Assembly (NCBI RefSeq): GCF_017873395.1 | Contig: NZ_JAGGKC010000035.1 | Span: 1 to 32,000, forward strand | Direction: 5' to 3' | Origin: Youngiibacter multivorans | Lineage (GTDB): Bacteria; Bacillota; Clostridia; Clostridiales; Clostridiaceae | Length of the DNA: 32,000 nt | In this document: positions 16,962 through 25,548 of the stretch, in pieces | Position numbering within the stretch: the first letter of the stretch is position 1 | Layout of the letters: each line of letters begins with the position of its first letter | The notes under the pieces: generated by a model | What the model saw: only the letters and a program-made list of their open reading frames with translations | Told to the model about the DNA's origin: nothing | Database searches by the model: none | Made by a program: the position numbers and the translations under genes

Positions 16962-18875
16962 ATGATTAAAATACTGTTTATTGTTCCTTATCCAGAGCTG
17001 CGAGATATTGTGCTTGACATAATTAGTGAAAGAAATGAAGTAGGTTTGTACGAGATTAACGTTATAGTTTCTACTGTTGATAGCATTCCTCAAATAGATA
17101 GTAACAACTACGATGTTATTATAGCTCGAGGTTATTCCGCAGATATCATTTCGAAGAAATATGCTGACATACCAATAATAAAACTAGATATCTCGGGGTA
17201 TGATGTATTTCGATCACTTTATGAATGCGTCGAAAGTTATCATCCCAAGCATATCGCTATTATCGGCACTCCAAATCTGAAAAATAATGATAATTATCTT
17301 CAAGACGTTTTCAAGTGCAAGATTTCGATTCTGGGATCAGTTGATTATAGTCAACTTGAAGAGGAAGTTAAGCATATTAAGAATACAGGCTGTGATGCAA
17401 TTATAGGTGGGTATTCAGCAAATTTGTTTGCATCAAAATATAAACTAAATTCAGTTGTTATAAAGACAGGTGTTGAAGCCATTTCAAATTCCCTCAATGA
17501 AGCTATACGAACAGTTGAAATATTAAATAATGAGAGATTGAAGGCTGAGATGTATAGAAATATTACTAAGTCATCAAAAGAAGCAATAATGTTCATTGAT
17601 AAAACCGGAATTATTAGGGTTGATAATAGCGTTGCGTGTTTAATCGGAAACAACACAAAGATGTGCGGATGTCAACTTAGTAATATCTTTCCTTTCCTTT
17701 ATGATGGCTTCATAAAATCAATATATTCTGAAAAGGAACTTCTTAATGAAATTCACGAGATAAGAAATCGCATGACAGTTTCAGCATCTTTTTCACCTGT
17801 AAAGGTAGGAAATGATGTTAAGGGTGTTGTTATAAATATGACGGATATTTCCAGAATACAAGAGCTAGAAGGCCAGATACGTGTTAAGTTAAGCTCTAAA
17901 GGACTTAAAGCTAAGTATACATTTACTGACGTGATCCACTCTAGTGAAATCATGGATAGCACAATAAATACATCAATAATGTATGCAAAGTCATCATCTA
18001 GCATACTTATTATTGGGGAGACAGGTACCGGAAAGGAAATATTCGCTCAAAGTATTCATAATTGCAGCAACAGATGTAATGGGCCATTTGTTGCTGTTAA
18101 TTGCGCAGCTTTACCTGAGAATTTATTGGAAAGTGAACTGTTTGGTTATGTTGATGGGGCGTTCACAGGATCATCAAAAGGTGGGAAGATGGGATTGTTT
18201 GAACAAGCACATAATGGAACAATTTTTCTGGATGAAATTTCAGAAATACCATTGGCACTACAGGGTAAGCTGCTGCGTGTGTTACAAGAGAATGAAGTGC
18301 GTAGAATAGGCGATGATAAGGTGATATCAATAAATGTTAGAGTTATTGCTGCAACAAACAGAAACCTTAAGGATCTTGTAGATTCTGGCAAATTTAGGAA
18401 TGACTTATTGTTCCGAATAGATATTTTACGAATTTACTTACCTTCATTAGCTGAAAGAGAAGATGATGTTGAGAAGTTGTTTTTGCATCTGCTAAATAAA
18501 TACAAAGATGATGGTATTTCAGAAAAGTTAACTATAGATAGTAGTGCGATGACATTATTGAAAAGGCATAATTTTACTGGAAATATCCGCGAATTAATGA
18601 ATATTGTCGAAAGAGCATGTGTGCTTAGAAAAAACAATTGTATTGACTCGGATGTAATGAATCAAGCCTTGAACCCAAAAGACATAAATGTGAAAAAAAC
18701 ATATGATCAGGTTGAGCAAGTGAAGAAAATTCCAGAGTTCAAATCGGATAACGATGCGATTAATTGGGCTATAAACGAAAGCAATGGAAATAAATCAAAA
18801 GCAGCAATGTTGTTAGGTATCAACAGAACAACACTTTGGAAAAAACTTAAAAAAATTGAAATTGAAATGAAATAA
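16962..18875 (+). CDS. Sigma-54-dependent transcriptional activator, PrpR-type N-terminal sensor + PAS + AAA+ + Fis-type HTH
   Basis: PrpR_N-like N-terminus (IKILFIVPYPEL...IIARGYSA). Motifs: GETGTGKE Walker A, ESELFGYVDGAFTGS (GAFTGA motif), and C-terminal AAMLLGINRTTLWKKLKK. Confidence 0.9.
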   Translation: MIKILFIVPYPELRDIVLDIISERNEVGLYEINVIVSTVDSIPQIDSNNYDVIIARGYSADIISKKYADIPIIKLDISGYDVFRSLYECVESYHPKHIAIIGTPNLKNNDNYLQDVFKCKISILGSVDYSQLEEEVKHIKNTGCDAIIGGYSANLFASKYKLNSVVIKTGVEAISNSLNEAIRTVEILNNERLKAEMYRNITKSSKEAIMFIDKTGIIRVDNSVACLIGNNTKMCGCQLSNIFPFLYDGFIKSIYSEKELLNEIHEIRNRMTVSASFSPVKVGNDVKGVVINMTDISRIQELEGQIRVKLSSKGLKAKYTFTDVIHSSEIMDSTINTSIMYAKSSSSILIIGETGTGKEIFAQSIHNCSNRCNGPFVAVNCAALPENLLESELFGYVDGAFTGSSKGGKMGLFEQAHNGTIFLDEISEIPLALQGKLLRVLQENEVRRIGDDKVISINVRVIAATNRNLKDLVDSGKFRNDLLFRIDILRIYLPSLAEREDDVEKLFLHLLNKYKDDGISEKLTIDSSAMTLLKRHNFTGNIRELMNIVERACVLRKNNCIDSDVMNQALNPKDINVKKTYDQVEQVKKIPEFKSDNDAINWAINESNGNKSKAAMLLGINRTTLWKKLKKIEIEMK

Positions 18876-18884
18876 TGTGTTTAC

Positions 18885-18915
18885 GCAACGTTGCCAATGT
18901 TGCTGTAAACGTTGC
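18885..18915. promoter_or_regulatory. Putative enhancer (UAS) array: GCAACGTTGC palindrome plus GTTGC repeats
   Basis: GCAACGTTGC at 18885-18894; GTTGC at 18899 and 18911. It shares the 10-mer GTTGCTGTAA with the 16.9-kb array. It lies ~100 bp upstream of the sigma-54 promoter at 19007. Confidence 0.5.
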
Positions 18916-19006
18916 GGTTTAGTTATGATGGATAAAAAGTGTTCAATTATTACAATGAATTGAATGAAAAACTTAAAAATACTGATAGTATCTCTGAAAA
19001 CGGTTT

Positions 19007-19022
19007 TGGCATGGTATTTGCT
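19007..19022 (+). promoter_or_regulatory. Sigma-54 promoter TGGCAT-GGTAT-TTGCT for the permease/amidohydrolase operon
   Basis: Exact -24 GG / -12 GC spacing, 47 nt upstream of ATG 19069. Confidence 0.8.
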
Positions 19023-19068
19023 TAAACTATGACAGCTAGCCAAAATAATTTGAAAAGGAGATCGGAAA

Positions 19069-20046
19069 ATGAAGCTTGTTAAGACAATGAAAAAGTTCCC
19101 TGGAGGGATGATGGTAATACCATTATTGTTAGGCTGCATTATTAATACTACTATTCCTCAAGTTTTGACAATAGGAGGATTCACCACTGGATTATTTAAA
19201 GGTGGAACAGCTACGTTAGTTGGACTTTTTATTTTGTGCAGTGGCGCAACTATAAACTTGAAAGAAGCAGGAGAGCCACTTTATAAAGGTGCAATACTTA
19301 CAATCCTAAAATATGCTATTGGAGTTGCAATTGGGTGGGGAATAAGCTTAGCATTTGGGCCAGCAGGTATTCTAGGACTCACACCCTTAGCAATAATTGC
19401 GGCAGTTACAAATTCTAATGGTGCAATATATACTGCTTTAGCTAAAGAGTTCGGTGATAAGACGGATGTCGGTGCGATAGCTATACTATCATTGAATGAT
19501 GGGCCATTCCTAACAATGATTGCCCTTGGAGCGACTGGAATTGCTGAAATTCCTATAATCGCACTCGTTGCAGCAATAGTCCCACTTATTATAGGATTCA
19601 TATTGGGTAATCTTGATGAGGATTTTCGTAAACTCCTCTCTGATGGTTTAAATATGCTTTTACCTTTTAATGGATTTGTGCTAGGAGCAAACATGAGTTT
19701 GTTAACGATTGCTAAAGCAGGGTTCTCTGGTATACTTCTTGGTTTCATTACAGTTATGTTTACTGGAGTCCTTACATATTATATCTACAGCTTTATAAGA
19801 AGAAAACCTGATCCTATGGGTATGGCTGTTGGAACATGTGCTGGAAATGCTGTAGCAACACCAGCATCTGTTGCCTTAGCTGATCCAGCAATGGCACAGT
19901 ATGCTCCAGCAGCCACAGCACAGGTAGCGGCAGCTGTAGTTGTTACTGCGATATGCACCCCATTACTAACTGGTTTTTTCCACAAGCAAGCTCAGAAGAA
20001 AATTGCGAAAATTGAGAGAACTAAACTAGAAAACGGAATTGAGTAA
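19069..20046 (+). CDS. kdgT: 2-keto-3-deoxygluconate permease family transporter (KdgT-like)
   Basis: The N-terminus ...KKFPGGMMVIPLLLGCIINT... and ~325 aa polytopic profile match KdgT. AAAGGAGA RBS present. Confidence 0.8.
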   Translation: MKLVKTMKKFPGGMMVIPLLLGCIINTTIPQVLTIGGFTTGLFKGGTATLVGLFILCSGATINLKEAGEPLYKGAILTILKYAIGVAIGWGISLAFGPAGILGLTPLAIIAAVTNSNGAIYTALAKEFGDKTDVGAIAILSLNDGPFLTMIALGATGIAEIPIIALVAAIVPLIIGFILGNLDEDFRKLLSDGLNMLLPFNGFVLGANMSLLTIAKAGFSGILLGFITVMFTGVLTYYIYSFIRRKPDPMGMAVGTCAGNAVATPASVALADPAMAQYAPAATAQVAAAVVVTAICTPLLTGFFHKQAQKKIAKIERTKLENGIE

Positions 20047-20066
20047 ACAACTCGGAAGGATAAACT

Positions 20067-21221
20067 ATGAGCGTATTGTATAAGGCTTCAAAAATTGTTG
20101 TTGGTGAAAATCTGGAGCTAATAGAAAATGCTTCTATTCTAGTTAAAGATGGTAAGATAATAAAAATTCTTAGCAATTCTGAGGTTGATGATTTTGGATT
20201 TGAATATGAGCTTGTTGATTTTGGTCAGAAGACAATAATTCCTGGAATGATAGATTGCCATAATCATTTAGCACTTGACACCAGACTTGATAATCATCTT
20301 GTTAGAATGAACGATAGTGAATGTGAACAGACAATTAGAGCAATAAAAACAATGAAAGATGACCTGTTATCTGGTGTAACTACAGCAAGATGTCTTGGAG
20401 ACAGGTATTATATTGACGTAACATGTAAAAAGGCTCAGCTAGAAGGACGAATAATGGGTCCCAAACTAATTGTTAGTGGAATAGGGATGAGAGCATCCCA
20501 TGGGCATGGTTATGTAGGGCTCCCTCATTGTGGTAAAGAGGAGTTTCGAAAAACTGCAAGAGAGAACATCGCTAAAGGCGTGGATTTTTTAAAAGTCTTT
20601 ATGACAAAAGTCATAAATGCTACACCATACATATACCATTTTCTAACTCTCGACGAGCTCAAGGTTGTAGTGGAGGAAGCAAAAAGTGTAGGTATCACAA
20701 CAGCATGTCATTGCTCAGGAGGGCAGGGGCTTGATGATTGTATTACTGCTGGCATTGATTGTTTAGAGCACGTCTATTATATTTCGGATGAACAGATCAA
20801 AAGAGTCAAAGAAGCTGATATGTGGGTAGTCTATACACCAAGTTATGCGCTTAACAACGAACTTTTGTTTAAGTTTTCTCCTAAGGATCGTGAAGGTAGT
20901 CTCCAAGAAAAGGAAATTATTAAGGGGTGTCTAGAAAACTCCATCAAGGGAAAACTCAAATTCGGAATTGGTACTGATGGAATACATCAAGGATTGGCTC
21001 AAGAGGCAATATATATCTCAGAGTTAGGTGCAAACAATAGAGATGTATTGGCAGGAATTACCACAAATGCAGCTAAGATTTGTGGAATATCGAGTTATAG
21101 AGGTGCAATAAGCGAAGGGCTTGATGCTGATTTAGTTGTTCTTGAGGGTAATCCACTTGAAGATATATCAGCTCTAAAACAGGTTTTTTCTGTTATTCAG
21201 TCAGGTGAAATAATTAGATAA
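20067..21221 (+). CDS. Amidohydrolase-superfamily metallo-hydrolase
   Basis: IIPGMIDCHNHL metal-binding HxH motif. The C-terminus ...G.I.EG.DADLVVLEGNPLEDI is typical of the family. Confidence 0.8.
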   Translation: MSVLYKASKIVVGENLELIENASILVKDGKIIKILSNSEVDDFGFEYELVDFGQKTIIPGMIDCHNHLALDTRLDNHLVRMNDSECEQTIRAIKTMKDDLLSGVTTARCLGDRYYIDVTCKKAQLEGRIMGPKLIVSGIGMRASHGHGYVGLPHCGKEEFRKTARENIAKGVDFLKVFMTKVINATPYIYHFLTLDELKVVVEEAKSVGITTACHCSGGQGLDDCITAGIDCLEHVYYISDEQIKRVKEADMWVVYTPSYALNNELLFKFSPKDREGSLQEKEIIKGCLENSIKGKLKFGIGTDGIHQGLAQEAIYISELGANNRDVLAGITTNAAKICGISSYRGAISEGLDADLVVLEGNPLEDISALKQVFSVIQSGEIIR

Positions 21222-21224
21222 TTT

Positions 21225-21252
21225 AAAAGGCACACAAAAACGTGTGCCTTTT
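21225..21252 (+). terminator. Rho-independent terminator
   Basis: AAAAGGCACAC / GTGTGCCTTTT perfect stem with a T tail. Confidence 0.8.
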
Positions 21253-21405
21253 AATATCTTTACCATATAGGAATTAAGCTAATTAATCAAAGTAAATCTT
21301 GGACTAAAACACATCATGTTTTTGATAAAAGAAGTCTGCAGTAACAAGAAAAATGTAACTTTATATAAGACACTTCAATTACTGTTTCAAAAGGAGAATT
21401 CTAGA

Positions 21406-22677
21406 ATGAAAGAAAAAATTAGATTATGTTGCATTGCCGATGATTTTACGGGAGCTAGTGATATTGCGTCATTCTTTTCAGAAGATGGCTTAAGAACTCT
21501 TGTAACAAATGGAATACCCAATAATTTTGTCGAAATTGAAGATGCTGATATTGTAGTCATCGCTTTAAAAACAAGAACGTTAAATGTGGATGAAGCTGTC
21601 AGTGAGTCCCGAAAAGCCCTAGAGTGGGCCTTGGATAAAGGATGTGAGAAATTCTACTTTAAATACTGTTCTACTTTTGATTCTACTTCAAAGGGTAATA
21701 TTGGTCCTGTCGCTGATATGATGATGGAAAAGCTCGGGATCAGGTATACTGTGGTTTGCCCTTCACTTCCGGTGAATGGCAGAACTGTTAGACATGGCAT
21801 ATTATATGTGAATGGAACTCCGTTGAGCGAAAGTCACATGAAGAACCACCCTTTGACTCCGATGACGAATTCAGATATTAGGGTGCTTCTTGGAGAACAA
21901 AGCAAGTATCCGATAATCCTTTTGGATGAGAATGCTTTTCAAAGTGGAAGCGACTTCAAAGATTTGCTAAGAGAAATGGACGGGAAATGGGAACATTTCT
22001 ATATTGTCCCGGATTATTATTTTGAGGAACATGGAATGAGAATCGTTGATTATTTCGAAGATCTTGTTCTCTATACAGGAGGCTCAGGACTTGCTACACA
22101 TTTGGGCAAGAAAATGGTAGCAAAATCCGGAATTCAGCAGAACAGGAATCAAAAATATGAACTTAGTGGTCCAACTCTACTAATTGCTGGGAGCTGCTCT
22201 ACCGCAACGCTGGGACAAATAGAAAGGTACATTTCAGAAGGATTGCCCTATATTAAAATCGAACCCGAGATGCTGGTTTCAGGCCAACAAACCATAGATA
22301 CCTTATGGAGCATTATTAGTGAGTGTAACAATGGACCAATTCTCGTATTTAGTTCTGATACTCCAGACAATATTCTAAAAGCACAGGAAAATGTTGGTGT
22401 GGAAATATCTGAATTGATAGAAGGTGTTGTATCAGAGCTAGCTAAAAAAGCTGTAGACAATGGAATAGGGAAAGTGGTTGTTGCCGGTGGTGAGACTTCA
22501 GGTGCTGTAACACGAAGGCTTGGTTATAATGTGTTTTCTATAGGGAAGAGTGTTGCACCTGGGGTCCCGGTTATGATACCGCTTGATAATAAAAGCATGA
22601 AACTAATATTGAAATCTGGAAATTTTGGAAGTCCTGAATTCTTTTTAAAAGCAATAAATTTGATGGAGGAATCATAA
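21406..22677 (+). CDS. Four-carbon acid-sugar kinase family protein (DUF1537; OtnK/DtnK-like)
   Basis: ATG 21406 lies after AAGGAG. The N-terminal CIADDFTGASDIA signature and C-terminal VVAGGETSGAV nucleotide-binding motif are present. Confidence 0.8.
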   Translation: MKEKIRLCCIADDFTGASDIASFFSEDGLRTLVTNGIPNNFVEIEDADIVVIALKTRTLNVDEAVSESRKALEWALDKGCEKFYFKYCSTFDSTSKGNIGPVADMMMEKLGIRYTVVCPSLPVNGRTVRHGILYVNGTPLSESHMKNHPLTPMTNSDIRVLLGEQSKYPIILLDENAFQSGSDFKDLLREMDGKWEHFYIVPDYYFEEHGMRIVDYFEDLVLYTGGSGLATHLGKKMVAKSGIQQNRNQKYELSGPTLLIAGSCSTATLGQIERYISEGLPYIKIEPEMLVSGQQTIDTLWSIISECNNGPILVFSSDTPDNILKAQENVGVEISELIEGVVSELAKKAVDNGIGKVVVAGGETSGAVTRRLGYNVFSIGKSVAPGVPVMIPLDNKSMKLILKSGNFGSPEFFLKAINLMEES

Positions 22678-23270
22678 TGGAGTTTGAAACTATGCTAGAT
22701 GATGCTATTTGGATTGCTAACTCACTCTTTACTCGCGGCAAGGCAACCGGATCTTCTGCTAACCTTAGCTTTAGGTGTGAAGATAAGATATATATTACCG
22801 GAACCGGCACATGCTTTGGAAGGCTCAAAAAGGATGATTTTGCAATTATGAAGTATGAATCTGTGGGAGATTGCTTGCCAATGAATACGGTAATAGCAAG
22901 TAAAGAGTTTCCGTTGCATTTGGCGTTTTACAGGAAAAGTGAAGATATTAAAGCGGTGATACATACACATTCCTTTTATTCAACTGTTTTTTCATGTTTC
23001 AATCATGAAAAGGCAAATGATATAATGCCCGACATCACGCCTTATTTAAAAATGAAGGTAGGAACGATTGGGTTGGTTCCGTACGCGAGGCCAGGTAGCA
23101 AAGAACTTTTTGCTTTGTTTGGACAAAGAATAAAAGATGATGATGCATTTTTGTTAGCGAACCATGGTCCAATTGTTGCAGGGAGCAATCTTATGAATGC
23201 TTTCTATGGTATAGAGGAACTTGAAGAAAATGCAAGGATAGCACTCCATTTTAGAAACCCTAACCTTTGA
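22677..23270 (+). CDS. Class II aldolase/adducin-family protein (OtnC-like 3-oxo-tetronate-4-phosphate decarboxylase or aldolase)
   Basis: TAATG 1-nt overlap with the kinase gene. Motifs: GSSANLS...ITGTG...HTHS...ANHG. Confidence 0.7.
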   Translation: MEFETMLDDAIWIANSLFTRGKATGSSANLSFRCEDKIYITGTGTCFGRLKKDDFAIMKYESVGDCLPMNTVIASKEFPLHLAFYRKSEDIKAVIHTHSFYSTVFSCFNHEKANDIMPDITPYLKMKVGTIGLVPYARPGSKELFALFGQRIKDDDAFLLANHGPIVAGSNLMNAFYGIEELEENARIALHFRNPNL

Positions 23271-23339
23271 TGGAGATAAAAGTGAATTTACTTTTTTCAA
23301 TTTATATTATAATCTACGTCATTAGATATAACTTTTAGT

Positions 23340-23400
23340 AGGAAGAGTAAGAACCAAGTAGTTGCAACGCTTGCAGGTTTTTACTCTTCCTGTTTTATTT
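23340..23400 (+). terminator. Long-loop hairpin terminator
   Basis: AGGAAGAGTAA (23340-23350) / TTACTCTTCCT (23381-23391), then GTTTTATTTT. Confidence 0.5.
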
Positions 23401-23692
23401 TCATGTCTGTTAGGTTTAGAGCTATATCGTTGTGCCTAGATGTAAATATAAACTTCGCGAAATGACTAATTTCACGAAGTTTTTATTTCTGTGACCGAAA
23501 AGTAGCAGAGCATGTGTAAGTGTAAGGATATCGCTGATATTATAATCCTATTTAAAAATTCATAAATGTCTGCAATTAAAACGTAAATTTTTTCGGATCT
23601 CAAAGTTAGTATATGTAAATTCAAATTTGCATTGCTCTTTTAACGTTTTAAACCTAAACTCTAGGTAAATGGTGTGGAGTGAGGAGACAGAG

Positions 23693-25261
23693 ATGAAGGT
23701 TTCGGATTTTCTAAACAGGGTATCGGTTCTTGAGAAGACAGGGACAGCTCTTACAGGTGATACAAACATACAAGATATACGTGGCGATTTACTAGATACA
23801 GACGAAAGTCTGTTGAGCGTTCTTGATGAAAATGGAGTAAAGCAGGGTGAAGTAGACACAATAAATATACGATATTTGGTTTCAAAGTACAGTGAGCTTC
23901 CTGCCATAGAGCTTTTGGACCACTTCAGGGAAGGGCTAGTCATAATCGATGAAAACGGAAGAATATGCTATATTAATGACGCCTATAAGCAAATACTAGG
24001 AGTTTTGGCGAGGAAGGTCGTAGGTAAATTTATATTTGACATCGAGGGTTCTGCACTTCTATATGAGGTTCTAAAAAGCGGAAAGCCAATGATACAGGAA
24101 AAGCATCTCGTAAAATCAATCAACAAGTATGTGTCTCTCAGGATGTGCCCCTTATATAAGGGCAGCAAAATAATCGGAGCGTTCTCGATCTTCACTGACA
24201 TTACAGAAATCGACAACCTGAATAATGAGGTCAAAAGATATTCAGGTATCGTAGATGAATACCACAGGGAAAAGGAAGTAGAAAGCGAAGCTTTGAGAGC
24301 GCAGATAATCGGCAACAGCCCCAACTTCCTCCGTATCCTCGATCAGGCAGTCATAGTAGCAAAGACAGATGCAGCAGTCCTTGTAAGCGGAGCAAACGGA
24401 TCAGGCAAAGAAGTGATAACAAAGCTTATCCACATGAGCTCGGCAAGGCGCAGCAAGCCCTTCATTACTGTAAATTGCAGTGCTATTCCCGAGTCCCTTA
24501 TTGAGAGCGAGCTTTTCGGATATGAGGAAGGTGCGTTCACGGGCTCCAGGAAGGGCGGCCAAATGGGCAAGTTCGAGCTGGCAAACAAGGGAACCATATT
24601 CCTGGATGAGATAGGCGATATGCCGCTGCAGATGCAGGCGAAGCTACTTAGGGTCCTGGAGCGAGGAGAAATAGAGAAGATAGGTCGGCAGAAGAATGTC
24701 GAGGTGGATGTGAGAGTCATTGCTGCAACAAATCAGCCACTTCCAGAATTGATCAAGCAGAAAAAGTTCAGGGAGGACCTATATTACAGGCTGAACGTGG
24801 TGAATCTGACTGTACCATCGCTTAAAGATAGGGGGAATGATGTTATCCTCCTAGCGAACCATTTTGCAGATTACTTCTGTGAAAAGTATTCAAAGAAGCT
24901 ATCAATTTCCGATGAGGCATACCGTGCCCTTGCAAGATATTCATGGCCTGGCAATGTCAGGGAGCTTCAGAACAGCATAGAGCATGCTGTAATATTATGC
25001 TCCGGTCCAATCATAATGAGGGAGCATCTTCCTGGAAGGATAATGGAGGGCGAGATATCGGAGCCTGATGTATCTTTGTCAGCCCCAATAACACAGTGTG
25101 AAGATGTTGATTATGCGAGAAGCATAGCAAAGGCAGAGAAGCAGCTAATGCTTGAGGCTCTGAAAAGGTCATCAGGAAGTAGGACTAAAGCAATGGAACT
25201 ACTAGGTCTCAGCAGGAGAACATTTTATCGGAAACTAAAAGAAAATGGCCTAGTGCCATAA
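23693..25261 (+). CDS. Sigma-54-dependent transcriptional activator (N-terminal sensor + PAS + AAA+ + Fis-type HTH)
   Basis: ATG 23693 lies after GAGGAG. Motifs: GANGSGKE, ESELFGYEEGAFTGS, and C-terminal AMELLGLSRRTFYRKLKE. Confidence 0.9.
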   Translation: MKVSDFLNRVSVLEKTGTALTGDTNIQDIRGDLLDTDESLLSVLDENGVKQGEVDTINIRYLVSKYSELPAIELLDHFREGLVIIDENGRICYINDAYKQILGVLARKVVGKFIFDIEGSALLYEVLKSGKPMIQEKHLVKSINKYVSLRMCPLYKGSKIIGAFSIFTDITEIDNLNNEVKRYSGIVDEYHREKEVESEALRAQIIGNSPNFLRILDQAVIVAKTDAAVLVSGANGSGKEVITKLIHMSSARRSKPFITVNCSAIPESLIESELFGYEEGAFTGSRKGGQMGKFELANKGTIFLDEIGDMPLQMQAKLLRVLERGEIEKIGRQKNVEVDVRVIAATNQPLPELIKQKKFREDLYYRLNVVNLTVPSLKDRGNDVILLANHFADYFCEKYSKKLSISDEAYRALARYSWPGNVRELQNSIEHAVILCSGPIIMREHLPGRIMEGEISEPDVSLSAPITQCEDVDYARSIAKAEKQLMLEALKRSSGSRTKAMELLGLSRRTFYRKLKENGLVP

Positions 25262-25305
25262 AGTAAACAAAGCGTCAAATTGTATACATATATTTTCTGG
25301 GTTAG

Positions 25306-25319
25306 TGCCATATGTGGCA
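25306..25319. promoter_or_regulatory. Palindrome TGCCA-TATG-TGGCA, candidate enhancer site
   Basis: Perfect inverted repeat ~135 bp upstream of the sigma-54 promoter at 25451. Confidence 0.35.
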
Positions 25320-25450
25320 TTATTTGGCGGAAACATTGACTTACATTAATTATGAAAGTCAGTTTCCGTCATTTGTTTTATCCATTAAAATCAAGTAAAA
25401 TGAATACGTTTAACACCTCGCAGTCATTTATTTTTTGATGTACTCAAATT

Positions 25451-25466
25451 TGGCATGATGTTTGCT
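25451..25466 (+). promoter_or_regulatory. Sigma-54 promoter TGGCAT-GATGT-TTGCT for the AtuA-like/HMG-CoA reductase operon
   Basis: Exact -24/-12 spacing, ~83 nt upstream of ATG 25549. Confidence 0.8.
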
Positions 25467-25548
25467 TATTAGATTCTGAAAGGTTGAAAGACCTGAGACT
25501 GCACTTTACGCGCGAAGAGCAGTGAATAAGGAAATTGGGAGTGATTTT

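Noticed and set aside
19281-19985. Minus-strand ORFs 19281..19748 and 19785..19985
   Set aside because: They are antisense shadows of the KdgT-like permease. The Ala/Gly/Ile-rich membrane coding region yields open antisense frames.
20859-20870. GAACTTTTGTTT as a second LexA box
   Set aside because: It is a half-degenerate match inside the amidohydrolase coding sequence with no promoter context.
23560-24720. Minus-strand ORFs 23560..23943, 23983..24324 and 24343..24720
   Set aside because: They are antisense to the sigma-54 activator, which has Walker A, GAFTGA and HTH motifs on the plus strand. No independent signals support them.
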